This document shows, in pieces, positions 12,944-24,500 of a DNA stretch of 64,000 nt; position 1 is the stretch's first letter; every line of letters starts with the position of its first letter. The stretch is from Haliotis rufescens (taxonomy: Eukaryota), in assembly GCF_023055435.1 (NCBI RefSeq), contig NW_025963779.1:86242001-86306000 (forward strand). Direction: 5' to 3'. The position numbers and the translations under genes were made by a program. The notes under the pieces are model-generated. The model worked only from the letters and a program-made list of their open reading frames with translations. It did no database searches and was not told where the DNA came from.

Positions 12944-13615
12944 CGGGGGCTGGTCAAAAAGTTCTAAGCCTAACAAACAAAACCAACAATTGTGAAAGTG
13001 TTTTTAATTTTATTTTTCCACATAATCTTCCTACTTTTCAATACACTTCTCATATCGATAGTGAAGTTTTTCAATTGCAGTCAGGAAGAAGTTTTCTGAA
13101 GCTGCCCTGAAAAACATGGCAGCTTGTGACATGCAGTCATGAATTTCTTGGGGAGTACTTTTCTCTAAAGGCAAAAAAGTACCTGTGAAGATCCGGGGTA
13201 GAATAGGTCTTCAGCAACCCATGCTTGCTGTAAGAGGAGACCAACGAGATTGGGTTGTCAGGCTCGCTGACTTGGTTGATGTCATTGATCCCAATTGTGT
13301 GGATCGATGCTCATGATGTCAATCACTGGATTGTCTGGTACAGACTCGATCATATAGCTGGAATATTGCTGAGTGCGGCGCTAAAAAACAAACAAACAAA
13401 GAAAACTAAAGGCAAAAGATTAATGACTGCAGGGTACTCATTCTTTTCTATTTCTGTGTCCATTTGGACCCCTATCACATTCAACTGACTGTCACTGATA
13501 CACAAACGGCCTCAACAGACCAAATACACTTGCAATGTACTACATTGACAAGTTCACTTTGTTATGGCCCATAGTTGAAAGTTAGTTAGGCTTAGAACTT
13601 TTTGATCAGCCCTGG
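12944..13615. mobile_element. Mariner-like MITE containing a nested SINE
   Basis: TA|cgggggctggtcaaaaagttctaagcctaac ... gttaggcttagaactttttgatcagccctgg|TA. Confidence 0.85.
13181..13405 (+). mobile_element. SINE family A
   Basis: Full head; TSD ctaaaggcaaaa; nested in the mariner-like MITE. Confidence 0.9.
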
Positions 13616-14054
13616 TATACTAGATTGCCACAGAAATATTGATTGATGTGAAAGTAAAGAAGATGAAAAGGGTGCAGACTTTGCACATGAGGTTTCTGAT
13701 TGTGTTCAGGAATCCCCCAAAGCATGTGGACGCCTTTATCCAAATTTGCACGGAGCTATTGTTTAATATAAGATTGTCTAGCAATTCAGACTGTGTTTTG
13801 TCAGGTCTAAACAGATGAAAAGAAATGCTGTTCTGATCTTTCAGGATAAAAGTGGTATTACTTCATACATTTGTCTATCTGATTTATTTCAGGGAAAACC
13901 AAATAACGTTTGTGTTTTGTAACTAGGGTGTAAAGATTCAAGGAACTGCCACAACATGAGTGTCACTGTCAGATCATGTTTCAATACAAAACGATACACA
14001 TGCACATATGGATGACATAGGAAACTTGAATCAATAACAAATAAACAGATGCAA

Positions 14055-14156
14055 GGGTGTGGGTGGGTGGGTGAGGGTGTGGGTGAGGGTGTGGGTGGGT
14101 GAGGGTGTGGGTGGGTGAGGCTGTGGATGGGTGAGGCTGTGGGTGGGTATGGGTGC
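14055..14156 (+). repeat. G-rich (GGGT/GAGGGTGT) simple repeat
   Basis: Many GGG tracts with short loops. Confidence 0.9.
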
Positions 14157-14207
14157 GTGTATGCTTGCTACAAATATATTGAATACCCAATACACTGGAC
14201 CCAAGAG

Positions 14208-14343
14208 CAGGGTTAGAAATTGGTGCTAGCTAACCGCCCAACAGTTAAGGTATCAAAAGGACTAGTACATATTTGCCATTTTTAAGGGCTATATATTGTC
14301 ATTATAAGGACTAGTGGACCAAACATGTCAGTTTCTACCACTG
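14208..14343. mobile_element. Small CAG-ended MITE (family M)
   Basis: cagggttagaaa...tttctaccactg; flanks aagag/aagag; inverted homologue at 38103-38558. Confidence 0.7.
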
Positions 14344-14899
14344 AAGAGAGTGTTGAGCATGTGTATGGCCGTTATCAATCATGTTTTCTTGCATTACATA
14401 TCTGTTTGGATTTGTATGCAGTTAGCTTCAATGTTGGCTGTACGATTGCCCAGTAATGTGTTTTTACGAGATACAAAAACACTTCAAGCAAGGTGAGCTA
14501 TAGAGGGCTACATTGTTCGTGTCTTTCTTTGATCATGATACCTTTTGGAAACGTGTGCCCATACCGCCCATGTTCCCATGATGCACTGGGCGCTCACTGT
14601 TACACCTGCGCCATATCAGGTCACCTCTCCCACAATTGTTGCCTCTATGTATTGAGGAAAAGGCCAGGGCTTCGATTAAACAATGTTTAAACATTCACTT
14701 CTTCTATATCGAGACTGCATTGAGACCTCTCGTCCTCAACAGGGGAATGTCTCAAAATCTGTCAGGTGTTTTTTTGGGGAAAATAGTTTCCATGTGTTTT
14801 TTAGCCTTGTAATAAGTTTTACTTGAGGAAGCGAACAGAGGGACAAACTCCGCAGATGTAGATTTGAGGGCAGCTGCCTGTTGATGGAAAAGGTGATGG

Positions 14900-15380
14900 T
14901 GATGCTGATGCTGGTGGTGGGACAGTCCCCCCTGATGCAGGTGGTGGGACAGTCCCCCCTGATGCTGGTGGTGGGACAGTCCCCCCTGATGCTGGTGGTG
15001 GGACAGTCCCCCCTGATGCAGGTGGTGGGACAGTCCCCCCTGATGCTGGTGGTGGGACAGTCCCCCCTGATGCTGGTGGTGGGACAGTCCCCCCTGATGC
15101 TGGTGGTGGTGGTGGGACAGTCCCCCCTGATGCTGGTGGTGGGACAGTCCCCCCCGATGCAGGTGGTGGGACAGTCCCCCCTGATGCTGGTGGTGGGACA
15201 GTCCCCCCTGATGCAGGTGGTGGGACAGTCCCCCCTGATGCTGGTGGTGGGACAGTCCCCCCTGATGCTAGTGGTGGGACAGTCCCCCCTGATGCTGGTG
15301 GTGGGACAGTCCCCCCTGATGCTGGTGGTGGGACAGTCCCCCCTGATGCTGGTGGTGGGACAGTCCCCGCTGATGCTGGG
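14900..15380. repeat. 27-bp minisatellite, about 17 copies
   Basis: Unit ctgatgctggtggtgggacagtccccc. Confidence 0.97.
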
Positions 15381-16663
15381 GAATACTTAACGTTGCAGCT
15401 GCTAACGTTGTGGTGACAATTAGGCAGACAAGCTGAAATATTTTGAAGTTTAGGTTTCTTGTGGCTTTGAGTTTGTTTATCAAGGATAGACAGTTACAAA
15501 GTAAAGGGATGATGGGCGCCTTGTAGACTTGCACAAGTCTCTAAACCAATACTTATTAGTTTAAATCATTATTTCTATATTATGTAAATAATAACAAGTT
15601 GTCCCTTTAAGAGACTGGAGTCCTTAGTACTGTCTACAAATCTAGACTTGCCTATTAGGAGGATAGAATTACTACACATCAATGGACGTTTCTTTCAGTA
15701 CAGCCTTGGAGCAAGGCTAGGGTCCTTGCGGTTTGCTGCTGGAGTACTTTATTCTTAATCTGGTGGTCAGACTCTGTGACTAGGTTGATTCTATGTTAAT
15801 GTATTCTGATGGGGTTTATTGTGCTCATTATATCAATCGCTGGATTGTCTGATCTGGATTATTTACAGACCGCCATAATATAGCAGGAACATTCCTGAGT
15901 GAGGTGTCAAACGTCAAGCTAACAAATAAATTATTTATTTACAATTATTATCAAGACTGAAAAGTATATTTGGATTAACACATCCATTTTTCTCAAGAGT
16001 ATATTTTGATGTGCTATTTTTACCCGTCAGTCATATTAGAATTTCCTTTTGTTGATGTCCTCTCATGTCGAACACAACAGGCTGTGTCTGAGAGTTGACG
16101 TTTCCTCTTTCCTCGGAAGGAAAGACTGTTCAAGTTTCCTTCGTGAGCAGCTCTGTCATGTACACACATTAAGACTACTGTCAGCTACCTCGGAACCAAG
16201 TGTACATGCATGGTTATTTTGAACTGCAGTGAATATTTGTGTGAAACATTACCAAGTCGATAGATGATACCATTGTGGTATTCTCCTTGAAGGTCACATC
16301 AAGGTCACATCTCCACTAGTATGTCATGTAATGTTTAAGTCTTGTGATGTTGGGGTATAATACTATGTTATAAATGTTTAGAACTTGGATTTCTGACTTT
16401 ATTTTTTGTATCTGTTTACTCTGTCCAACAAAGAAAGTTGTCTGGAATGGAAGTTATTATGTTTTTCACAAATCTGAAAAAAAGGTAATAATAAAAGTAG
16501 TAGTTTGCAAGGAAAGACTATACTACTTGAACTTCTGTTGCCCTGAACTAGCAGACTGCTGTTAATTTCACCCTGCTGTGATATTGCTGGAATATTGCTA
16601 AAAACTGAGTGAAACCATAGTCACTCGCTCACTCTGTTAATTTTATGTTGTGGTTGTATTGAT

Positions 16664-16906
16664 TTGTTTGGTTGTTGTTTATCGCAGTACTCTGCAATAT
16701 TTCAGCTATATGACGGTGGTCTGTAATTAATTGAGTCTGGACCAGACAATCCAGTGATTGACATCATGAGCACTGATCCACAAAATTGTGATACGATGAC
16801 ATGCATTAACCAAGTCAGCGAGCCTGACCACCCCATCCCGTTAGTCACCTCTTATGACTAGCATGTGTTGCTGGAGGCCTATTCTCTACTCGGATCTTCA
16901 CGGGTC
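16664..16906 (-). mobile_element. SINE family A
   Basis: Full length; TSD tggttgtattgat / tggttgtatcgat. Confidence 0.9.
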
Positions 16907-16914
16907 TGGTTGTA

Positions 16915-17548
16915 TCGATATGAAGAAGGCGTTGATATGAAGGTGGTGTTGATATGAAGTAGGGGTTGATATGAAGGTGGGGTTGATATGAAGTAGGCGT
17001 TGATATGAAGTTGGTGTTGATATGAAGTAGGCGTTGATATGAAGTTGGTGTTGATATGAAGTTGGCGTTGATATGAAGGTGGTGTTGATATGAAGTTGGT
17101 GTTGATATGAAGTAGGGGTTGATATGAAGGTGGGGTTGATATGAAGTAGGCGTTGATATGAAGTTGGTGTTGATATGAAGTAGGCGTTGATATGAAGTTG
17201 GTGTTGATATGAAGTTGGCGTTGATATGAAGAAGGCGTTGATATGAAGTAGGTGTTGATATGAAGTAGGTGTCGATCTGAAGTTGGTGTTGATATGAAGT
17301 TGGTGTTGATATGAAGTAGGTGTCGATCTGAAGTTGGCGTTGATATGAAGTTGTTGTTGATATGAAGTTGTTGTTGATATGAAGTTGGTGTTGATATGAA
17401 GTAGGTGTCGATATGAAGTAGGTGTTGATATGAGGTAGGGGTTGATATGAAGTAGGTGTTGATATGAAGTAGGTGTTAATATGAAGTTGGTGTTGATATG
17501 AAGTTGGTGTTGATATGAAGTAGGTGTTGATATGAAGTAGGGGTTGAT
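16915..17548. repeat. 17-bp minisatellite, about 37 copies
   Basis: Unit gttgatatgaagtWggY. Confidence 0.97.
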
Positions 17549-17802
17549 GTAGCAAGTGTAACGGCTTGTACCAGTGTGGAGGATCTCCCAGAGTGTCATG
17601 ATATCAGTTGTAACAGTGTTGATAAGAGTCATAAAAAATCTTTTATCATCAAGTGCTGATATCAAAAGACACAATGGAATATTCATTTGTCATCCTTTAT
17701 CACTGTAGGTTATTATTTGAGAACTTATGCCCTGCCCAGCTTGGTTCTCAGCATCAGTGCTGTATTTCAAGTTTCAAGAAAGTTAAGCCTCTTAAGTATT
17801 TG

Positions 17803-17936
17803 AGTTAGTGAGTCTTGTTTTTAGCTTTTAGAAACATTCCAGCAATATCACGGTGGGGGACACCAGAAATGTGGGGAATTGAAGCCGGTCTTCGGCATGA
17901 CAAGCAAACACTTAAACCACTAGGCAACCCCACCGC
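17803..17936 (-). mobile_element. SINE family B, internally deleted
   Basis: Reverse complement of gggttgcctagtggttt...ctggtgtccccc...gatattgctggaat. Confidence 0.75.
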
Positions 17937-18367
17937 TGTGAACTTATAGTTATGAATAGAAAGAGACATGTGAGGGAATGGTAACCTGAGTGTGACAAGG
18001 AGAAATATGGAGATCTGAGCTTAAAAATTGACTTTAATATATTCTTTGCCTTTATGGAGTTATTAACTGAAAAAGACGGTGTGCACAATTTGCATAAATC
18101 TGTACACTTTTTTTTTATGTTTATTAACTTCTTAGATATGTGTGTCTGTTTCAGAATATTATAAAATATCATTTAGAATGTTTCTTTTTGTTTTATTTTA
18201 ATGAATGATACCGCTAAAAAATGCTCTAATTAGTATGACTTTTCTGTTCTCTTTCATGGTCAATCATTAATCATCAATGTCTTGTTGAAACAATTGTCAA
18301 TATGTGAATCTTAAACAAACCCAAACCCGTTGATGTCCGAGGCCTGTAAGCTGTGTGTTGGTTGCAG

Positions 18368-18524
18368 ATGGATCCAGGCCTGTATCAATGAAGACCTGCC
18401 ACCAACCATAGAGCTGGAGGAGGGGCTCCGGAATGGCGTCATTCTGGCCAAGCTGGGACGCTTCTTCTCACCACAAGTTGTCTCCCTTAAGAGAATATAT
18501 GACAGAGAACAGACGCGCTACAAG
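18368..18524 (+). CDS. IQGAP1: IQGAP exon (CH domain), 157 nt
   Basis: ttgcag|A TGG ATC...TAC AAG|gtacaa; WIQACINEDLPPTIELEEGLRNGVILAKLGRFFSPQVVSLKRIYDREQTRYK. Confidence 0.95.
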
Positions 18525-21500
18525 GTACAAATAGGGTTTTTATTCATATTTTCATGTTGATATAAAGGGTCTCAACTCTGAGGAGACCCGTGAAGATTCC
18601 GGGGTAAAATAGGTCTTCAGCAACCCATGCTTGCCATAAAAGGCGACTATGCTTGTCGTAAGAGGTGACTAACGGGATTGGGTGGTCAGGCTCGCTGACT
18701 TGGTTAATGCATGTCATCGATCCCAATTGTGTGGATTGATGCTCATGATGTGAATCACTGGATTGTCTGGTCCAGACTCTGAGGAAAAATAGAGAAAGAT
18801 TTGCTACAACAGACTGCCACTTAAACCACTGGTAAATTTCTTTCGGTCAAGTAAACTCGGACAATAATAAACCATATATTAACATGAACAACTGCTGAAA
18901 ATGAGGCTGAAAGATGGTTCATGCTCTTGGAGTCAAAAGACTGATGTAAAATAGAAACAACTTCAAAGTATTCTTATTTCAGTTTAACTTCAAAACTGTT
19001 CAACTAATTTGATCAAGCCATGGGGATGGCTGACAAGTAGGTGATAAGTTATTTGAAATGCCTACGACGATGAAACAACAGCAGAATATATCAACACCAT
19101 TTTGTTATTGACACTTGTTGTTGGCCAGTGGACAGGGAATTGTCAACATGATAGAGAGGCTTGTAGGAGTACATGACAGTCTGGACTGCCAGCCTAAGGG
19201 ACTCCTGTAGTCACAGGATCCTCAGTGCATACGGGATTTATCATACAATGGACAGTATTATTGATGCATCAAACCAATCCGATAAACTTGGAACTGATAA
19301 ATATGTAAATGAGGTCACCTCGTAGGAAGTACTTTTTATCTCTACACCAGTGTCCGAAATAACTGCCTGTAACTTTCAATTTGGCTGCCTGAAATTTTCC
19401 TCCACCTGCCCGACTGTCTAGCAGATAATTTGAAGACTACTTACGTATTCAGTTTTATTATAACTCCTTGTAGATTCTCAATTAATTGTTTGCATTATTT
19501 CAACTGAATCAAGACACGATTTGTCTCTTATTTTTCGTGACTTTCAATATCTATAACGTCTAATAATGCAGGCAGGTAACTTTGAAGATGGGCAGGCAAC
19601 ATTTATTGGTCATCAGCCTAACTGTCCAGTTGGGTTTTAAGTTATTTCAAACACTGCCTTATACATGGATGCATGTCTGCTTGCTCAATTAAAGCAATGT
19701 TCCCAATATGGCAGATAGGGGTTTACGGGGGTGTATGTGATTATGTAGACAAACACACCAGCAAATCATTTGATACAGTTTGATAAAGGGGCTGTTCCCT
19801 CCAACACTGTTTTCATATACAGTGTCTAAAGTTACTTCAATGGAGAAATTATTGACTAAAGCATTGATTATTGCAAGAATGACAAATGATAAAGAGATTA
19901 TTCGCCGGGCGTGTTCCTGTATCATAAATATCACATATTAGAATAATAAAGTACATGTATTATGCTTGCCAAAGACTTGTATAATACAAGTTTTCATTCC
20001 TAATATATGATATAATATGATATGGGAAAACACTCAGCGAATAATTCTTATACCTTCACAATAACTATACCTTCCCACATGCACATTAAGTACATGTCCA
20101 ATGGCATGAACAAAAAGTGAGCAGTGGTTTATTTGTAAGATGTGTAGGACTTAAGAGACTAGAAAAAAAAATAGTCTAAGACAAAACCCAGCTACCCACG
20201 TTTCTTGTCTGTGGGTGTTCCAGTTCAGTAGAGATTCCCTGCATCCTATTCTCAATTTCCCTGTGGGAGCTCTTGTTTTGATGTAATCCCCAAGCATGTT
20301 CATCAATGTTCATCAATGTTCATCATGTTCAGTATGTTCCGTATGTTCAGCTTGTCTTACCCAGGGGACCTCAGGCTGGTTTAGACAGCAGACTGTAGAT
20401 GTATACATGTGACAGTTTCGGCACTAGATTCCTGACTTGTCTTACGTTTGCAGGCGAAGGGTCTCCACTTCCGACACACAGACAACATCAACCATTGGTT
20501 TGCTGCCATGACCGAGATCGGACTACCACAGGTAAATACAACAACCCTGTGGAAATGTCACTTTTCCAACTATCCTGCCAGGCAGAACAAAGATAATTAC
20601 CCATTGTTGGTTTTAAGACGTTACACTTTGGGAATTGAAAGATGAGGTGAAAAGTGGATGGTATATTTAGTGATTCTATTCTGTTAGTGCAGATGGTGTG
20701 TAAAACCCATTTCACTCACTCACTCACTCACTCACTCACTCACTCACTCACTCACTCACTCAGTGTACAGCTCTAATGCTGATAGCATTCAGAAAGTGCA
20801 ATATTTCTTAAATAAAGGCTTAAATAAACTTTACCTTATTGAAACTATTCCATTTGGTTATCTGCATTTGTTAGGGTTTTTAAAAACGTGGATTTAAGAT
20901 TTTATATTGTGAGTGATGCCTGATACCTGATGATAACAATACTGTATTTCATGTATGTTTGTTGCCCATGCCACCATGTAAATGTGATCCCACACAGTGT
21001 TGATCACGATGGATCAGTCATAACACAATCATTGATTTTTGCAGATATTTTATCCAGAAACAACAGATATTTATGACAGAAAAAACATGCCACGAGCTGT
21101 CTACTGTATACATGCACTGAGGTGAGTTGGTCATAGCCATGCCAAGCAGCACAGAGTCTCTCAGTTGCTAGTTGAAGTAGGCTTCTCATGTCATACTATC
21201 TTTGTTAAATCTTGAAGGAACTTATTTGTTTGTACTTGTATTATTATACAGTTTTTTTTCTGGCATTGACTTTTTATGTATATTTGATAAGCACTTAGTT
21301 GGTGGATCATAGGGACACATGCTATTTGTGTGTCAACTTCTGTATACTTTAGGGGGCACGGTGGCCCAGTCGTCTGAGGCGCCGTGATTCGCTGTGCAGA
21401 GTTGCATCCCTTGGGCATGCAAGAAACCTATGATTGTGGATTCGAATCCCAGTTCGCCCCATTTATGTTTCTAGGTTTGTCAGCACCATACCCGTGCTCA

Positions 21501-24500
21501 TAGGTTTCACCGAAGTAGTAAAAGTCTAAGACCTGCGTCACTTCGGGCTTTCCTCCCACATTAAGCTGACACACCGTGATATAACTGGAATAATGTTAAA
21601 AGGGGCGTTAAACCCAACTCACTCACTCACTGTATACTTCATACACACCATTTGAGGTTTCTTGCTGACTTGGAAGTTGCACATAAATAGAATGGAAGTT
21701 GAATCCAATATCTTGACTCTACACTAAGGCATGGCAAAGGTGCTGGCATTCATAGCATTGTACAGGGTTCAATTTAACTGCTGACCTGTTGGCCCGGGGC
21801 TAGTTAAAATTACGAAAGGCTTGCTGAAACCTAAAGTAGATGACCCATCTGGCTTGTCAAAATTTCACCCCTTTTCTGTGTATGTTTAATGTTTTTAATT
21901 GGACACTGCCCGTGAATCATGTTATTTTGATGAGATAAAGTTTAAGGGGGATCAGGTCGTGTGAATGGTTAATTGAAAAATCATCTCCATAGTATGACAC
22001 AATCAGCAGCCATTTTGTAATGTTCTGTACAACATCATCTTTACTTGCTCATGAAATCGCCACAAAATGAGGCAAATGGAAGCCAAGATATATTCTCAGT
22101 GCAGGAAATGTTATTTAGGGGTGAGGAGTTCTAAAATATTTGGAGCCACTGGGTACCTTAGTCTTGGGACAGTTAGTTTGGAGAAGGACCAGTAACGTTT
22201 GAAAGGAGCAAGCCCTGCTGGCTACAAACAAATTTGTTGTTAAATCTACCCCTGTTGTATCAGTGGTGAGGGAGTTAATATTTAAAGTCACATCGGCAGT
22301 ATTTTAGCCACATTGTATCAGTGGCCAAGGTGGCCCTGTAGTGAAGGTCCCAGCCGTAGGCTGTGCAGAATTAGCCGGGTCGAATCTGTTGGTTGTCTTA
22401 GCTTCCCGTCTCTGAGCTAAGTCCCTTTGCCATTCTTCCCACATGAAGCCACACAAGATGATATCCCTGAAATACTGTTCCTCGTGACTGTAAAGCCAAC
22501 TCACTCACTCACTGATTGTTTACTGTGACTAAGCTGCAGCTTCTAGAGGCCAATCAAAAACTATAAGTGGGCTGTGTTGTCATAGATACAGGGGAGATAA
22601 TCCTGTGGGAAAACTCATTCCTCATTTCCCCCTTTTGTCAATCAATTTCGAAGGGAAACGTGAATTGTGGATGAATTTTTGTGAACATAATATTACAAAT
22701 ATTTAAAAAGCGTATTGCAGTATATCGGTATACTGTGAAGTATTAATACCTGTTAAGATCTGGGGTAGAATAGGCCTTCAGTAGCTTGCTGTAAACGGCA
22801 ACTATGCTTGCCGTAATAGGCAACTAAGGGGACTGGGTGGTCAGGCTCGCTGACTTGATTGATGCATGTCATCGTATCCCAAGTGTGTGGATCGATTCTC
22901 ATGATGTCAATCACTGGATTGTCTGGTCCAGACTTGATTATTTACAGACTGCCGTCATATAGCTGGAATATTGCTGAGTGAGGCATTAACAACAAACAAA
23001 CAAATTAATTATAATTGTCAGACGACCACAAGATAATGGTGTGTGCTGACTTCATGTGTAACCCTTGTCTGGCTTCTGTTTCAGTTTATACCTATTCAAG
23101 CTTGGGCTGGCCCCACAGATACAAGATCTCTACGGAAAAATAAACTTCACAGGTGTGTACAAATAAGCATTAAAATATATTTGTTGCAGGTTAAGCTATA
23201 AGTTAACTCTTTCAACACCGCAGGCCGGTACACCAACCAAGGCATGACTCCCTAGACACTGCAGGGCGGTAGACCGGCCAAGCTGTAGCCACAGCAAAAT
23301 AGTATTTAAATTTTTTTAACCTGTCTATGATTCATTTATGACATTTCACAATATCTGAAATTTATCATATTTTATCAAAAGATGAAAAATTTGTTCACTA
23401 TTTCCTGGAAAGGTATTAAAAAAATACTTTTCACACACACACTTCAACAGCGGGTCAATATCAAACATGTCAAAGAGCAAATTTAAGACATTTAAGCAAA
23501 TCTTTAAATAAATTATATAAAGTAATAAATAAAATTAATAAAAATATCTTCAATTTGTCAAACTTACTTCAAGTTATTATTTCCATCTTTTTTTTTGTGA
23601 ATGTGTAATGCAAGTCAAATGACATCCTGGCTCTCACCGCCTCGATTTCTTGGCTCAGACACGTTTAATACCAAAATATATGCATGAGAAATCTCTGCCA
23701 CAGCTCATAACCTGGCACGATACATCTACAAAGTTCCAGTTTTCAATATAGGTCACAGGATTATAGGAATAACATGATTTGACCAAAACCTTTTGCCTAA
23801 ATCTGTAAATTTTCATACTCAAGGACAGTAACCATTGCTGTAATTCTTCCTGTCCTATAAATGAATGCATAAGCTTCCTAATGATGCCAAACATCAAGCA
23901 ACTCGAGATGACTCGTTATTCATTTAAAGCCTTGAAAGACGGAGGTATTCCTCTGTATTTTCTCCTTTTACTGAGCGGAAAGCCACTGTTATCGGGTAAT
24001 GGGTGATGACAGATAATATTTACAATTCAATAATAAAAAAGAAGAAGAAATAGGTAGATGGATATTATGATATCTTATATTTGCCGAAAATCGTCAAAGT
24101 TTCACTTCCTTGGAGCTTAATCTGGACATTATGAATGTGTTAGCTTACATTTTATATTCATGAACAAACTTAATTGAGTTGTAAATGCTTTAATTAAATA
24201 ATGTGACAAACATAACTTTCATTTATAAACAATAGGATTAGACCTTTTAAATGGTGTCTAACATGTAGTAGCAAAGATGTTTTACAAGCAGATATTTTCC
24301 TTTATTAATGTGGGCTTCATCTGTCACACAAGTGTCAGGGAACTCGGTGTCACAGAAGTAAATGCTTCTGGTTGCCTGGTGTTGAATGAGTTAATGTACA
24401 CAGATGCCTTTTATAAAATGATTAATCAATTCTTTTGGATGAAAATCTAATAATTCATTTATTGTGGCCTCAGAAAACTGACCTGAATAAACAATTGCAA

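Noticed and set aside
14881-17686. Repetitive ORFs (LMLVVGQSP; HINTYFISTPTSYQ)
   Set aside because: These are translations of 27-bp and 17-bp minisatellites.
1-18367. Expected upstream IQGAP exon (RRQNxAYEYLCHLEEAK)
   Set aside because: I did not find it by eye, so it is presumed to lie upstream of the window and this stretch is treated as intron.
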